From: Candidatus Bathyarchaeia archaeon
GTDB lineage: Archaea; Thermoproteota; Bathyarchaeia; Bathyarchaeales; Bathycorpusculaceae
Reading direction: 5' to 3'
NCBI GenBank assembly: GCA_049521795.1
Contig: JBEKOM010000002.1
Location: 192,001-256,000, forward strand
DNA length: 64,000 nucleotides
Shown: one piece after another, positions 30,747 through 40,906 of the stretch
Layout of the letters: each line of letters opens with the position of its first letter
How positions within the stretch are numbered: the stretch's first letter is position 1
The notes under the pieces: model-generated
Seen by the model: only the letters and a program-made list of their open reading frames with translations
The model's database searches: none
What the model was told of the DNA's origin: nothing
Position numbers and translations under genes: made by a program

Positions 30747-31037
30747 TCATGCAAAAGCTCCGAAACCAACAGATATCCCGAACATCGAAGCCCCAATAAC
30801 CATCAAAGCCTTGGCGCGTAAACTTACAGGGGAGTGAAAAAAGGCCAACAGTGCTCCACCGAAGAAAAGCACGGCGCCTTCAACAAAGCAGAGGTCCGAG
30901 ATTATCCTGGGAACCGACTTCTCTGAGAAGTATCCGACCGGGAAAAAAACGTAGAAAAACCCGCCGATGACCGCGTTCGCTGCTAAAAGAACTGCGAGTG
31001 CAAGCAGAATCCTTTCAACAATGAATCGCTGAACCAA
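30747..31037 (-). CDS. Small membrane protein (3 TM)
   Basis: Hydrophobic 96-aa ORF directly downstream of oppF. Confidence 0.6.
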   Translation of the reverse strand: MVQRFIVERILLALAVLLAANAVIGGFFYVFFPVGYFSEKSVPRIISDLCFVEGAVLFFGGALLAFFHSPVSLRAKALMVIGASMFGISVGFGAFA

Positions 31038-31070
31038 ACCGCGTCTTCCACAGAAGCATTTTTGAAGCGT

Positions 31071-32120
31071 TCACTTGTTGAATAGATGACACGCAACCAT
31101 GTGGCCGTTTCCAACGTCCAAAAGCTGCGGTTCTTGCATCTTGCACACCTGCATGGCGCTGGTGCATCTGGGATGAAACCTGCAGCCGGCCGGAGGGTTC
31201 ACCGGGCTCGGAACCTCGCCGCTCAGAATGATCCTTTTCCTCTTCAAAGTAGGGTCGGGTACAGGAATGGCAGAGAACAAAGCTACAGAATAGGGGTGAA
31301 GCGGCCTAGCGTAGAGTTCAGGCGTTTGAGCAAGTTCCACTATCTTTCCAAGATACATTACAGCCACCCTTTCAGCTATACATTCGACGACACTTAGGTC
31401 GTGACTAATGTAGACGTAGGTCAGGTCAAAATCCTTTCGCAGCTCTTGAAAGAGATTCAGGAGCTGAGCGCGCACTGAAACGTCGACCGAAGACGTAGGC
31501 TCGTCCAGAAAAACAAGTTTAGGCGTGGTGATCAAGGCCCTGGCTATGGCTATCCTCTGCCTCTGACCGCCGCTGAACTCGTGCGGATACCTGTATATGT
31601 GCCTCTCTCCCAATCCCACTCTTTGCAGCATCTCGCTAACTCTTTTAAGGCCGGCGGTTCCCTTGGCGATGCCTTGAACAGCGAGGGGCTCCAGCAGAAC
31701 GTCTTTAACAAGCATTCTCGGGTTCAAAGAACGTGTTGGATCCTGGTAGACAAGCTGCATTCTCCTCCTCGCTTCTCTCAGCTTGCGGCCCCTGAAGTCA
31801 GCGATATCCCACTGTCTTCTCAAGGTCCTAAGCTCGGAAGATTGTTTCTTCTCCCTCTGCAGCGTCCTTATCCTTTCCTTGACTTCGTCAGGCACGTCAA
31901 AGAATATGTTTCCCGCGTCTGGGTTTAGGAGTCTCAGAGTGGTCTTTGCAAGGGTGGTTTTTCCACAGCCTGATTCTCCTACTAGGCCAAACGTTTCTCC
32001 TTTCTTCACGGACAGAGAGACACCGTCAACTGCCTTGACGGCGCCGACTTTTCTGCGCAGAAGCCCACCCGAGATCGCATAATATTTTTTGAGGCTGTCT
32101 ATTTCAAGTATGGAACTCAT
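31071..32120 (-). CDS. oppF: Oligopeptide ABC transporter ATPase OppF/DppF
   Basis: GESGCGKT, FSGGQRQR, LDEPTS, PLHPYS, PPAGCRFHPRC. Confidence 0.95.
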   Translation of the reverse strand: MSSILEIDSLKKYYAISGGLLRRKVGAVKAVDGVSLSVKKGETFGLVGESGCGKTTLAKTTLRLLNPDAGNIFFDVPDEVKERIRTLQREKKQSSELRTLRRQWDIADFRGRKLREARRRMQLVYQDPTRSLNPRMLVKDVLLEPLAVQGIAKGTAGLKRVSEMLQRVGLGERHIYRYPHEFSGGQRQRIAIARALITTPKLVFLDEPTSSVDVSVRAQLLNLFQELRKDFDLTYVYISHDLSVVECIAERVAVMYLGKIVELAQTPELYARPLHPYSVALFSAIPVPDPTLKRKRIILSGEVPSPVNPPAGCRFHPRCTSAMQVCKMQEPQLLDVGNGHMVACHLFNK

Positions 32121-33310
32121 TCCGTTTCACCCGTGTAAAGATGGCACAGGACCTGATGGCCTTCCTTTGCAGTTACGAATTGTGGTTTTTCCCTTGTGCA
32201 TTTATCCATGGCAAACGGGCACCTGTCATTGAACCTGCACCCTGTTGGCGGGTTAATCAGGCTTGGCACGAAACCCTCTATCGACTTGAACTCTGTTCCA
32301 GGCCTGGGGATGCACTCTAGAAGCGCTTTAGTGTAAGGATGCAGCGGATTCTTGAATATTTCAATGACTTCGCTCAGCTCCACAACGTTTCCAGCGTACA
32401 TGACTGCCACGCGGTCGCACATGTCAGCGACAACGCCCATGTCGTGAGTGATGTACTGAATGGTCGTCCCGTACTCCTTCTTTAGCTCCCTGATCAAAGT
32501 CAGAATCTGAAGTTGCACTGTAACGTCCAAGTTTGTCGTCGGTTCGTCGGCTATGAGTAGCTTCGGGTTGCATGAAAGACCCATGGCTATGACGGCCCTT
32601 TGAGCCATTCCGCCACTCAGCTCATGCGGATACATGTCAGCAACTCTTTCAGGATCGGGTATTCGCATGTCCTTTAGCATTCTTACAACTTCTTGAGTGA
32701 CTTTGTCGTTAAATCTGTGTTTAAACCGATTCAGAAATGGGACCCTTGAGGCAATTCTCACAGTCAGCCCGCTAGGATCTTCAATCATCATTCCCAGCAT
32801 TCTTTTTTCCCATTTAGTCAGAACACTTTTCCTCAGCTTTGCTTCCTCATGATCTTTCAAGTTGCCTTGCTTCAAGGCTTTGACTGCGTTATCGCTGTCT
32901 TCCAGCAGCTTCTTGCACAATTCTTCAGTTCTGTGATGTACGATAGCTTCGGCGATCTGCTGTTTGACTGTATACACGGGGTTCAACGCAGATTTGGGAT
33001 CCTGAAATATCATGGAAATGTTGTCTCCGCGCACTTTTCTGAGGTAGGCGTCTCTTTGCCGCAGCAGGTTTATCCACTGGTCATCCCTTCGCAGAAGAAT
33101 TTTTCCGCCTTCTATCTTTCCAGGAGGGGGGACGAGAACCAGTTCTGAGAGACCCGTTACAGACTTGCCGCAGCCCGTTTCTCCGACCACGCCCAAGGTC
33201 TCTCCTTCTTTTATGTACAGATTTACTTCGTCTAACGCTTTGACTACCCCTTCATACGTGTAGAACCTTAGGTCCAACTTTTTTATTCGAAGAAAAGTTT
33301 CTTCGCTCGT
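32117..33310 (-). CDS. oppD: Oligopeptide ABC transporter ATPase OppD/DppD (start ACG 33310 or TTG 33277)
   Basis: GETGCGKS, LSGGMAQR, ADEPTT, PLHPYT, GCRFNDRC; insertion of about 65 aa after the Q-loop. Confidence 0.95.
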   Translation of the reverse strand, partial: TSEETFLRIKKLDLRFYTYEGVVKALDEVNLYIKEGETLGVVGETGCGKSVTGLSELVLVPPPGKIEGGKILLRRDDQWINLLRQRDAYLRKVRGDNISMIFQDPKSALNPVYTVKQQIAEAIVHHRTEELCKKLLEDSDNAVKALKQGNLKDHEEAKLRKSVLTKWEKRMLGMMIEDPSGLTVRIASRVPFLNRFKHRFNDKVTQEVVRMLKDMRIPDPERVADMYPHELSGGMAQRAVIAMGLSCNPKLLIADEPTTNLDVTVQLQILTLIRELKKEYGTTIQYITHDMGVVADMCDRVAVMYAGNVVELSEVIEIFKNPLHPYTKALLECIPRPGTEFKSIEGFVPSLINPPTGCRFNDRCPFAMDKCTREKPQFVTAKEGHQVLCHLYTGETE

Positions 33311-33311
33311 G

Positions 33312-34676
33312 CTATTTCCTCCTCAACGTTGGGTCGAGTATGTCTCTCAATGCGTCTCCGAGCAGGTTCCATCCCATGACGAATAGCGATATGAAGGCGC
33401 CGGGTATTATGAAAGTGTACCAGTAGAGAAATGGGTTTGACGGTGGGCCGTATATGTAGTTTTGAGACACGGCAATAATCTGTCCCCAATCCGCGTACCC
33501 TTCAGGAGCGCCTAAGCCGAGGAAACTTAGGGCTGCAGCCGCTAAGACTATTGTTCCTATATCCAGTGAAAAAACCACCAGTACTGGGTAGATCGAATTT
33601 GGCAGGATGTGTCTGCCAATGATTCTGGCGTCTGAGCAGCCTACGGATTTTGCTGCTTCAACGTAGTCCTCGTTCTTGATCCTCAGTACTTCTCCTCGTA
33701 TCAGTCTTGCATAACCCGGCCAGCCTACTATGACCATCGCGATCATCACTGCATCCAGACGCGCGAAGCCTATGGGCACAAGAACAACGACCAATGTCAT
33801 GCACAATATCAGGTACGGAAAAGCAAAAATGATGTCCGTGAACCTCATCAAAACCTCGTCTATCCACCCTCCATAGTAGGAAGCGATGATTCCGATAAGC
33901 AGACCTATAATCAGGGAAGAGCCGGCCACGTAGACTCCTATACGGAGCGCCGAGCGCGCGCCCCAGATAACCCCGTAATAAATGTCGTACTGGCTGTCCA
34001 TGGTGCCGAAAGGATGCGCCGCACTTGGAGGCTGTGGCTTTCCGACTCCCATTATCGCCAGAAGATTGCGGTCAATCGGAATCATGTTTGGGTCGCCTCC
34101 CTGAGTCACATCTCCGGGGTGCGCTAGGTAAGGAGCAAGGATTGCCATCAAAACGAAGAATATGATGATCGAAAGTCCGATGATTGAAAGGGAACTTTTT
34201 CTCATGAGCTTCAGGCTGAACCGCAACTCTTTGATCCTAGGACCTATCTCCGTCCTGAACTTCTGAAAAACGGCGCGCACCGTTCCGCCGCCGAATAGGG
34301 GCATCACTGAAGGTCTCGTCAAATAGTAGAGCACTGCAAAATCTAGGACGACACTTAATGCAAATGGTGTCCAAGAGCCTCCGTAAACGGTCAGCAGCCC
34401 AAGTTTCGCGGCCACGTCGATGCCCGAGAAGGCTAAGGCTGAAACCCATCCGATAGCTTCTCCTCCGCGAAGGTTGTAAAAAACATACAATCCAAGCAGG
34501 CCGAAGGCCACTAGGACAAGGCCAGTGTAAAGGCCATTAATCGATGGAATAAATGTTTCCAGCGGATTTCCAACTGTGAACAGGAGTACACCAAAGATCA
34601 GTTCTGTTAGAGCTATTGCAGCTGAAAGCAGTATGAGCAGCCTTAATCCTAACGGTCTCTGTTCTGGCATTCTCAT
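33312..34676 (-). CDS. oppC: Oligopeptide ABC permease OppC/DppC with extra N-terminal 4-TM module
   Basis: HPFGT, WGARSAL, WPGYARLIRGEVL, YVEAAKSVG, NLLGDALRDILDP. Confidence 0.93.
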   Translation of the reverse strand: MRMPEQRPLGLRLLILLSAAIALTELIFGVLLFTVGNPLETFIPSINGLYTGLVLVAFGLLGLYVFYNLRGGEAIGWVSALAFSGIDVAAKLGLLTVYGGSWTPFALSVVLDFAVLYYLTRPSVMPLFGGGTVRAVFQKFRTEIGPRIKELRFSLKLMRKSSLSIIGLSIIIFFVLMAILAPYLAHPGDVTQGGDPNMIPIDRNLLAIMGVGKPQPPSAAHPFGTMDSQYDIYYGVIWGARSALRIGVYVAGSSLIIGLLIGIIASYYGGWIDEVLMRFTDIIFAFPYLILCMTLVVVLVPIGFARLDAVMIAMVIVGWPGYARLIRGEVLRIKNEDYVEAAKSVGCSDARIIGRHILPNSIYPVLVVFSLDIGTIVLAAAALSFLGLGAPEGYADWGQIIAVSQNYIYGPPSNPFLYWYTFIIPGAFISLFVMGWNLLGDALRDILDPTLRRK

Positions 34677-35710
34677 CCTAACCTTATCCTGGGGTCGATG
34701 TACGCGTACAGCACGTCAACGATCAAGTTTGAGAAAACAAAAATGACGGCGCTCATGAGCGTGTAGCCAATTACAGGAGGGATGTCAAGTATTTGTGCTG
34801 ACGTCGCAGCGTATTGTCCTATGCCGCCCATGTTGAAAACTGTCTCGGTTATGACGACTCCGGTCAACAACCCTGCAACCATCATGCCAGAGATCGTTAT
34901 CGCTGGAATCAAAGCGTTTCTCCTGGCGTGTATGTTGACGACTTCTTTCCTGCTGAGCCCCTTCGCTTTTGCAGCAGTTATGTAGTCCTTTCCAAGCGCC
35001 TCCAACATGCTAGACCGAGTCACCCTTACTAAGAGAGCCGAATTAAGCAAGACAAGCACAGTCACAGGAAGGACCAGGTGTCTGAGGCCATCCACGAATA
35101 CCCAAAACTGTCCGTTTATCAGCCCGTCAATGGTAACGAGGCCAGTGTGCCAGTGCCAACCATTGATCGGATTGCCAATGTAAGTTCCGACTTCCTGCCC
35201 CCACCTCCCAGGGGGAAACCATCCTAGGCCAGCGTAAAATACTGACAGTAGAACTATACCAAACCAGAATGAGGGGAGAGATGTCCCCATTATTGCAATG
35301 ACTCTTGAGGCCTGGTCCACGAATTTGTCCCTGTTTGCCCCGGCAAGCACGCCGAGCGTCAGGCCGACCAAGACTATTAATGGAGCAGAGAACAAAACAA
35401 TTTCTGCTGTTGCTGGCAACCTCATCATTATGGCTTGAAAAACAGGCACACCATGACTGTCGAACCCGAGACTGCGGTCGACGAGCAACACGTTCATCCA
35501 GTGGTAGAACTGAACGTAAACGGGGTCGTACAGACCGTTATCTCTTGCTATTTGTTGAAGGCTTCCCGCGGTCCTTATGTTCGTAATGAACAAAGTTGCC
35601 CGAACCAGAGGAGGAATAAACTGTATAACCGCAAAAATGAAGACCACTGCTCCCAAAAGGACAGGTATGGCTAATAGGAGCCTTCGCAAAACGTATGTTC
35701 TCAATCCCAT
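34673..35710 (-). CDS. oppB: Oligopeptide ABC permease OppB/DppB
   Basis: YVLRRLL, RLPATAE, SLPSFWFG, RSSMLEALGKDYITAAKAKG, DVLYAYIDPRIR. Confidence 0.95.
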   Translation of the reverse strand: MGLRTYVLRRLLLAIPVLLGAVVFIFAVIQFIPPLVRATLFITNIRTAGSLQQIARDNGLYDPVYVQFYHWMNVLLVDRSLGFDSHGVPVFQAIMMRLPATAEIVLFSAPLIVLVGLTLGVLAGANRDKFVDQASRVIAIMGTSLPSFWFGIVLLSVFYAGLGWFPPGRWGQEVGTYIGNPINGWHWHTGLVTIDGLINGQFWVFVDGLRHLVLPVTVLVLLNSALLVRVTRSSMLEALGKDYITAAKAKGLSRKEVVNIHARRNALIPAITISGMMVAGLLTGVVITETVFNMGGIGQYAATSAQILDIPPVIGYTLMSAVIFVFSNLIVDVLYAYIDPRIRLG

Positions 35711-35841
35711 ATCGGTCGAGTAAGCTTAGCCCAAACTAAACATATAACTTTGTCGGAAACGCATAAAACACGGATAAACGTCGTATAATGCGCGAAGGAG
35801 TCTCCCAGTCGCCCAAGCCGCTGCAAAGGGCTAGTCGTTGC

Positions 35842-36492
35842 CTAGTTACGAGTTCTCTTGTGCCTGACCCCTTCTTTTCTAAAGACGCTAACAACGAGTG
35901 TGATGCCTCCGAAGATGCCAAGCACTCCGCCTCCAGAAGCTAGGAGAGTGTAGGTTTCACTGTTCGAGGATACTTCTTGATAGAAAACGAAAAAGTCTGG
36001 CGCTGCGTCAATCACCCACCCCTCGTCAAGAACACGAGCAGTATACGTGCCGCTCTCCTTAACCGAGAAACGTATCTTCCCAGAAGTCGTATCGACGCTT
36101 AGACTGTTGTAGTCTGCGTTCTCGTAGATGACATCAACGATTGCAGGAGGGGTACCTTGGTGGTAGTACTGGCTACTCGCGGACAAACTGAAAAAGAAGG
36201 CTTGCAAACTCGTAACGGCGCCTCCAGGAGAGGTTATCGTCACATTCACGGGTTGCGCAGCCGTGAACGCACCGTTATCAAAAGGCACACCCCAAGCAGC
36301 GTTCGACTCGATATAGACCCAGTACGTATTCCCCCTTGTCAAGTTACAAGCAAAGTACCACGCGCCCACTTGGGTCTTATTATCCCCAGCGTCAACTGAC
36401 TTAACGTTTTGCAGGTTAACCGCACCGACAGCTACGCATATTATGCCGAGCAGCAACAGTGTCAACCCGAAATATGATAGCTTCCTCATCAA
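35842..36492 (-). CDS. Membrane protein with extracellular beta domain
   Basis: N-terminal and C-terminal TM with basic tail. Confidence 0.7.
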   Translation of the reverse strand: MMRKLSYFGLTLLLLGIICVAVGAVNLQNVKSVDAGDNKTQVGAWYFACNLTRGNTYWVYIESNAAWGVPFDNGAFTAAQPVNVTITSPGGAVTSLQAFFFSLSASSQYYHQGTPPAIVDVIYENADYNSLSVDTTSGKIRFSVKESGTYTARVLDEGWVIDAAPDFFVFYQEVSSNSETYTLLASGGGVLGIFGGITLVVSVFRKEGVRHKRTRN

Positions 36493-36797
36493 CTGAAGCT
36501 CTCCATGACTTTCGCGACGTTACTCTAGCGTAATACAGCAAAAACGAATTCATTAACCTTCTGATTATATACGGTGTAACGATGGTTTGCCATTCACGAT
36601 CAGAAAAGTTAAGACTAAGCCGAAAACCTGTTGCCTAGAAATACGGCGGAAACGGACAGATCAGAAAGCCACATCAGACGGCTCGGTTTATTTAGAGTCA
36701 CACATCCTCGGATCAACGTGCTTAAATAATGGAGGCTCATCGCATACACAAACAGAGTGTCGAACCTTCAGAAAGAAAAAGAAGCCGGTTAGACTTC

Positions 36798-37349
36798 ATG
36801 AGGATTAGCCGTGGCAACGTTGCGACATCGATTGCTTTCGTTTGCCTAGTCGTTGTTGCTTTTTGGCTTCCTTCTGCCCAAGCGCAGGGTGAAGGAAACG
36901 CAAGGCTTACGCAGGTGAAGTATCAAGCAAGAATCCCTTCAGGCACCCCGGACGCTTGGAGCTTCACAGTGCATAACACAAACTGCTCAGAGAACGATGA
37001 AGGCATGGCGCATTTTTTCTTCGAATTCTACGTTGATGATTCTTTGTCCTTCGACGAATACAACTCCACGGCGTACAGAACTTGGAACTGCACAAGGGGG
37101 CAGACGGTATCCAACAGTTATAGGGTTAATGGCTGGTCCACGATCGCGCCTGTGACTTATGATCTTAGAATTGAACTTTACTGGTTTCACAACGGCACGT
37201 CCCGTCTTGAAGACACAGCACTGTTTAGGGTCGGGGTCTCAGTTTTCATGCCTCTGCAAAACATCTACGCAACCAGCTACTTCGCGCTCTACCTGATAGC
37301 CTGCTTTTTGCTGCTCATGTACGACTACGTGCTTAGTCTTGAACAGTGA
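36798..37349 (+). CDS. Secreted/membrane-anchored hypothetical protein
   Basis: Signal peptide from MRISRG..., beta-rich core, C-terminal TM. Confidence 0.65.
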   Translation: MRISRGNVATSIAFVCLVVVAFWLPSAQAQGEGNARLTQVKYQARIPSGTPDAWSFTVHNTNCSENDEGMAHFFFEFYVDDSLSFDEYNSTAYRTWNCTRGQTVSNSYRVNGWSTIAPVTYDLRIELYWFHNGTSRLEDTALFRVGVSVFMPLQNIYATSYFALYLIACFLLLMYDYVLSLEQ

Positions 37350-37464
37350 GGCGAGTTATCAGCAAATTGGGCCTTGTGCGAAACTCTTGCTAAGGAAGAT
37401 TCTCTCGCGTTTTAAGAATGGCTCGCCGACAGGATTTTATCCTCTGGTCTAGTTATGATTTTCT

Positions 37465-38265
37465 GTGAAGCCCATGTCTGCAAGAGCTCGAGTTATCATT
37501 TGCTTCATTCTTTTTGCCTTGGCTCTGGGTCTCCATCAGACCTCTAATCTAGTCCCAAACAGTAACTCCTCGCTCGGTTGGGTTTCAACCCTAGCCCTTC
37601 TTGCGACCGCAATTATCCCGTTTCTCTTTTTAAGAGCTGAGAAGCTAAGCTTTGGCCAACATGGTTTTGTGACTCCTAAGGGGGCACGAAGGCTGTTGAC
37701 AATGTCCCTGTTTCTCGCAGTTCTCTACTGTCTGATAATTCTCTTCGTGCCTGGAGGTGCTTCAGGGTTTGAAGCCCTTCCAGCCGTGCCCCTGTCTTGG
37801 GACCTCTTCTTCGGCGGCTGCAGCATCCTGTTGGCCAGTATAGCTGCTGAAACGATCTTTCGAGGCTTCGTTCAAACAGAACTTACGAACGTGTATGAGT
37901 TCTTCACAGCCCTGATCGTCGTTTCTGCAATGTTTACGCTCTACACGCTTCCGATAACGTTGTACTTCACTTCCGATTCAGCGACAATCCTGGGACAGTT
38001 GTTACCCGTTTTTGCCGAGAGCGTTTTTCTCTGCTTCCTCTTTACAGAAACGAAGACTCTGTTGTGCCCGATAGCTTTCTCAGCGACGGTTACGCTGCTG
38101 CAAACGTTCACTCCTCTTCAGCTACCGTTTGGCGAATACCCGACTGCGGTTGCGGTCATAACTTACGCGGTTCTGGTCCTGGTCATGCAATCCTACGTCT
38201 CTCACGTTAAAGAGCATAGTTGGAGACTCGATGAAGCCCCCGTTGAAGACTCCGATCAGCAGTAG
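37465..38265 (+). CDS. CPBP (CAAX/Abi) family intramembrane protease-like protein with degenerate motifs
   Basis: Multi-TM; AETIFRGFVQ, SAMFTLYT and CPIAFSAT occupy the EExxxR, FxxxH and HxxxN positions. Confidence 0.7.
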   Translation: MKPMSARARVIICFILFALALGLHQTSNLVPNSNSSLGWVSTLALLATAIIPFLFLRAEKLSFGQHGFVTPKGARRLLTMSLFLAVLYCLIILFVPGGASGFEALPAVPLSWDLFFGGCSILLASIAAETIFRGFVQTELTNVYEFFTALIVVSAMFTLYTLPITLYFTSDSATILGQLLPVFAESVFLCFLFTETKTLLCPIAFSATVTLLQTFTPLQLPFGEYPTAVAVITYAVLVLVMQSYVSHVKEHSWRLDEAPVEDSDQQ

Positions 38266-38371
38266 AGGCCGTGTGTGTGCTTCATAGACGCGTAAATGGC
38301 ACACCTTGGAAAAGCAACCAACAAGATTTTAAGTATAGAGCGCGTCATGTATACATAGGGGAGAGGACAAG

Positions 38372-38626
38372 TTGCAGCCGGCCATGTGGGTAGAGATGAG
38401 TTGCCCCGACCACGGCTTGGAACGTTTCAAGATAAAAGTCATCAAGAAGTACAACGTCAACAAAGAGTTGATCGAGCCGAAGTTCAGGACAAAGCCCAAG
38501 CATGAACTTGCCGGGGTAGTTGTTGGAAAGAACGTGAGCCACCGAGAAGTCAGAGACTACCTAATGGAGTACTTCAGAGAAGCAGGAATGATGGACAAAA
38601 TCCTGAGCATGAGGTTCCAACTCTAG
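38372..38626 (+). CDS. Small basic hypothetical protein (CPDHG motif)
   Basis: 84 aa, SD GGAGAGG, TATA-like TTTAAGTA upstream. Confidence 0.65.
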   Translation: MQPAMWVEMSCPDHGLERFKIKVIKKYNVNKELIEPKFRTKPKHELAGVVVGKNVSHREVRDYLMEYFREAGMMDKILSMRFQL

Positions 38627-38841
38627 CAACCCTGTTCTTTAGACGTTCAAGAAGAACTTTAAGGTTAACCTGGCTAATGCTCAGAAGCAACAGCAAGATG
38701 TCCCACAGGACTTTGTTCCTGACAGTGTTATCTTTTCCCACCCAAGCATCATGGGTATGTCTCCACGCAACATTAGATTTGAATTGGCCTTGTGACCCTT
38801 CAAAAACTTGCACTACGGGGCGCGGGCTGTTGTGTGCACTC

Positions 38842-38856
38842 TAGAGGACAATTCCA
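38842..38856 (+). promoter_or_regulatory. TAGAR-N5-YTCCR operator next to TATA
   Basis: TAGAGgacaaTTCCAtaagTTTTAACT upstream of 38906. Confidence 0.72.
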
Positions 38857-38905
38857 TAAGTTTTAACTATCAGATGAACACTCAGTTTATTGGGAGGGGA
38901 GGTAC

Positions 38906-40510
38906 TTGAGAGTGGGCTCATTGAGATTATTGATTCCAGCAATGATTATGGTCGTTGCTTTGTCCCTGTGCCTTTCCGGTTATGTTGCTCCTGTACACGC
39001 TGCGGAGCCTAGCCTCATAGACATCTTCAATCAGCTTGGCTTCACGAATGTGACCCAGACAGCCATTGAAACCTTTCCAGCAGGAACGTACAACATCACG
39101 CTGTACGCCAAGTTCGCTACTTATGTAGCTCTGAATGAGCTGAGCTATTATCAGGTTAACACAACCACTTTCATCGTTATCTTCGCACCTTCTGAAGGTG
39201 GATACGGATATCTCACTCCTCCTATAACAAAGACGTTCGAGGCAGACTACCAGTTCGGCCTTTCCCTATTCACGTGGCTACAAACCCGTTATTATTCTGA
39301 AACGCCACTAAACCCTAACGGCGAACTGCACCACGAGGTGTACAGAAACCTCAACGATCCCAGCATGCTTCTGATAGGATACGACGAGCGTTCGATCTGC
39401 AACCAGAGCGGAGATCAAGACTTCAACGACATGGTCTTTTCGCTTCAGCTAGAACACTACCTCCAAGTGACTTCGCCTTATGACACTCCGGGCGGCGAGG
39501 GATGGTACTATAATGGCACGAACGCGTTTGCCTCCTTGGCCGACGGCGTTGTTGATTATGGAAATGGAACACGCCGAGTTTTCACTCAGTGGAGCGGCGA
39601 CGCAACTGGAACGGACTATTCCAAGAGCAACACGATCTACATGGACCAAAACAAGACGGCCATGGCCGGCTGGAAGACCCAAAACTACCTGACTGTTAAA
39701 ACCGACCCAACGGGCATTGCCACTATCCCAGGGCAAGGTTGGTACGACCAAGGACAAGGAACACCGTTAACGGCTCCGTCGGTTTCAGGCTACTTCTTTG
39801 CATACTGGGATGTTGACGGTGTCTCCCAAGGCAACGGGGTGAACCCGATAACGGTCACTATGAACGGGCCGCACACAGCCACGGCTCACTACAGGCAACC
39901 GTACACACTCACAATTCAGACGACGCCAGGCGGATCAACAAGCCCGCCTCCGGGAGGCTACAATTACAGCCCAGGCTCATCGGTCCAAGTTACGGCAGTT
40001 CCAAGCACAAACTATGTTCTTGACTACTGGTCGCTCGACGGTGCGAACGTAGGTTCTGCGAACCCTTACACTGTCTTAATGGATAAGAACCACACTCTAG
40101 AGGCAGTGTTCAAGTCCTCCCCTCCAATTGTTGTTTCCATAAGCCCCATGTCGAGCAGGGTCTTGTTAGGCCAAGCGGTGGTGTTCACGTCGACAGTATC
40201 CGGGGGAATCGCCCCGTACAGCTATCAATGGTACCTTGACGGTAGCTCCGTTCCAGGGGCAACGTCAAGCGGCTGGACGTTCACTGCAGCGACAATAGGC
40301 ATACATTATGTGAAACTCGTAGTGACAGACTCTAAAGGCAGCACAGGCGAATCAGGCTCCGCACGCGTCGAAGTGACAGCCGTGCCTGTGGGAGGCTACT
40401 CAGTCTCAGTGAAGGGGCAGGCAACGGCAAAACCCTTGGCGACCTACTTATCTTTGCTCGGAGCGTCGACAATAATTCTCACAGCAGTCAAACGCAAACG
40501 TCGCAACTAA
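38906..40510 (+). CDS. Surface protein: DUF4114-like domain, InlB B-repeat-like units, Ig domain, VPVGG C-terminal signal
   Basis: GDQDFNDMVF; repeats of G-x-GWY...FxxW; VPVGGYSVSV+TM+KRKRR. Confidence 0.82.
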   Translation: MRVGSLRLLIPAMIMVVALSLCLSGYVAPVHAAEPSLIDIFNQLGFTNVTQTAIETFPAGTYNITLYAKFATYVALNELSYYQVNTTTFIVIFAPSEGGYGYLTPPITKTFEADYQFGLSLFTWLQTRYYSETPLNPNGELHHEVYRNLNDPSMLLIGYDERSICNQSGDQDFNDMVFSLQLEHYLQVTSPYDTPGGEGWYYNGTNAFASLADGVVDYGNGTRRVFTQWSGDATGTDYSKSNTIYMDQNKTAMAGWKTQNYLTVKTDPTGIATIPGQGWYDQGQGTPLTAPSVSGYFFAYWDVDGVSQGNGVNPITVTMNGPHTATAHYRQPYTLTIQTTPGGSTSPPPGGYNYSPGSSVQVTAVPSTNYVLDYWSLDGANVGSANPYTVLMDKNHTLEAVFKSSPPIVVSISPMSSRVLLGQAVVFTSTVSGGIAPYSYQWYLDGSSVPGATSSGWTFTAATIGIHYVKLVVTDSKGSTGESGSARVEVTAVPVGGYSVSVKGQATAKPLATYLSLLGASTIILTAVKRKRRN

Positions 40511-40906
40511 GCCTCGATAAATCATAGCGTGCCCCCGCTTCACTCTGAGTTGCCTAGAGGCGAAAGGCATCGTCTTGGTTACCCTCACTACACTGCCTCC
40601 GCCAAGTTCTCAGCTATGATCATTGTTTTTCAAGAGGCTCCGGTAATGTGGACGAGAAGTATAAGACTTCTCGAGAATCTCATCGATTGTTACACGTCAA
40701 GCGCCTACGCACCGGCAAGAACAGATTTATCGGACGAATTCTACGAAAGAGGTCTGGTTGAAAAAAGTCGCTGGCCGACTGAGGGAGCGTAAGACTGTTA
40801 AGGATTTAACATCCCTGTTTTGGATAGAGGTTTGTGTTTGAGCGCGCGCGCTGAGCAAGTGCATGTGAAGAATCGTTAGCTCTTCTAGAACGCGCGCGGA
40901 TGCGAG

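Noticed and set aside
33954-33961. GCGCGCGC inside oppC
   Set aside because: Encodes the conserved GAR motif of OppC permeases, so it is explained by protein constraint
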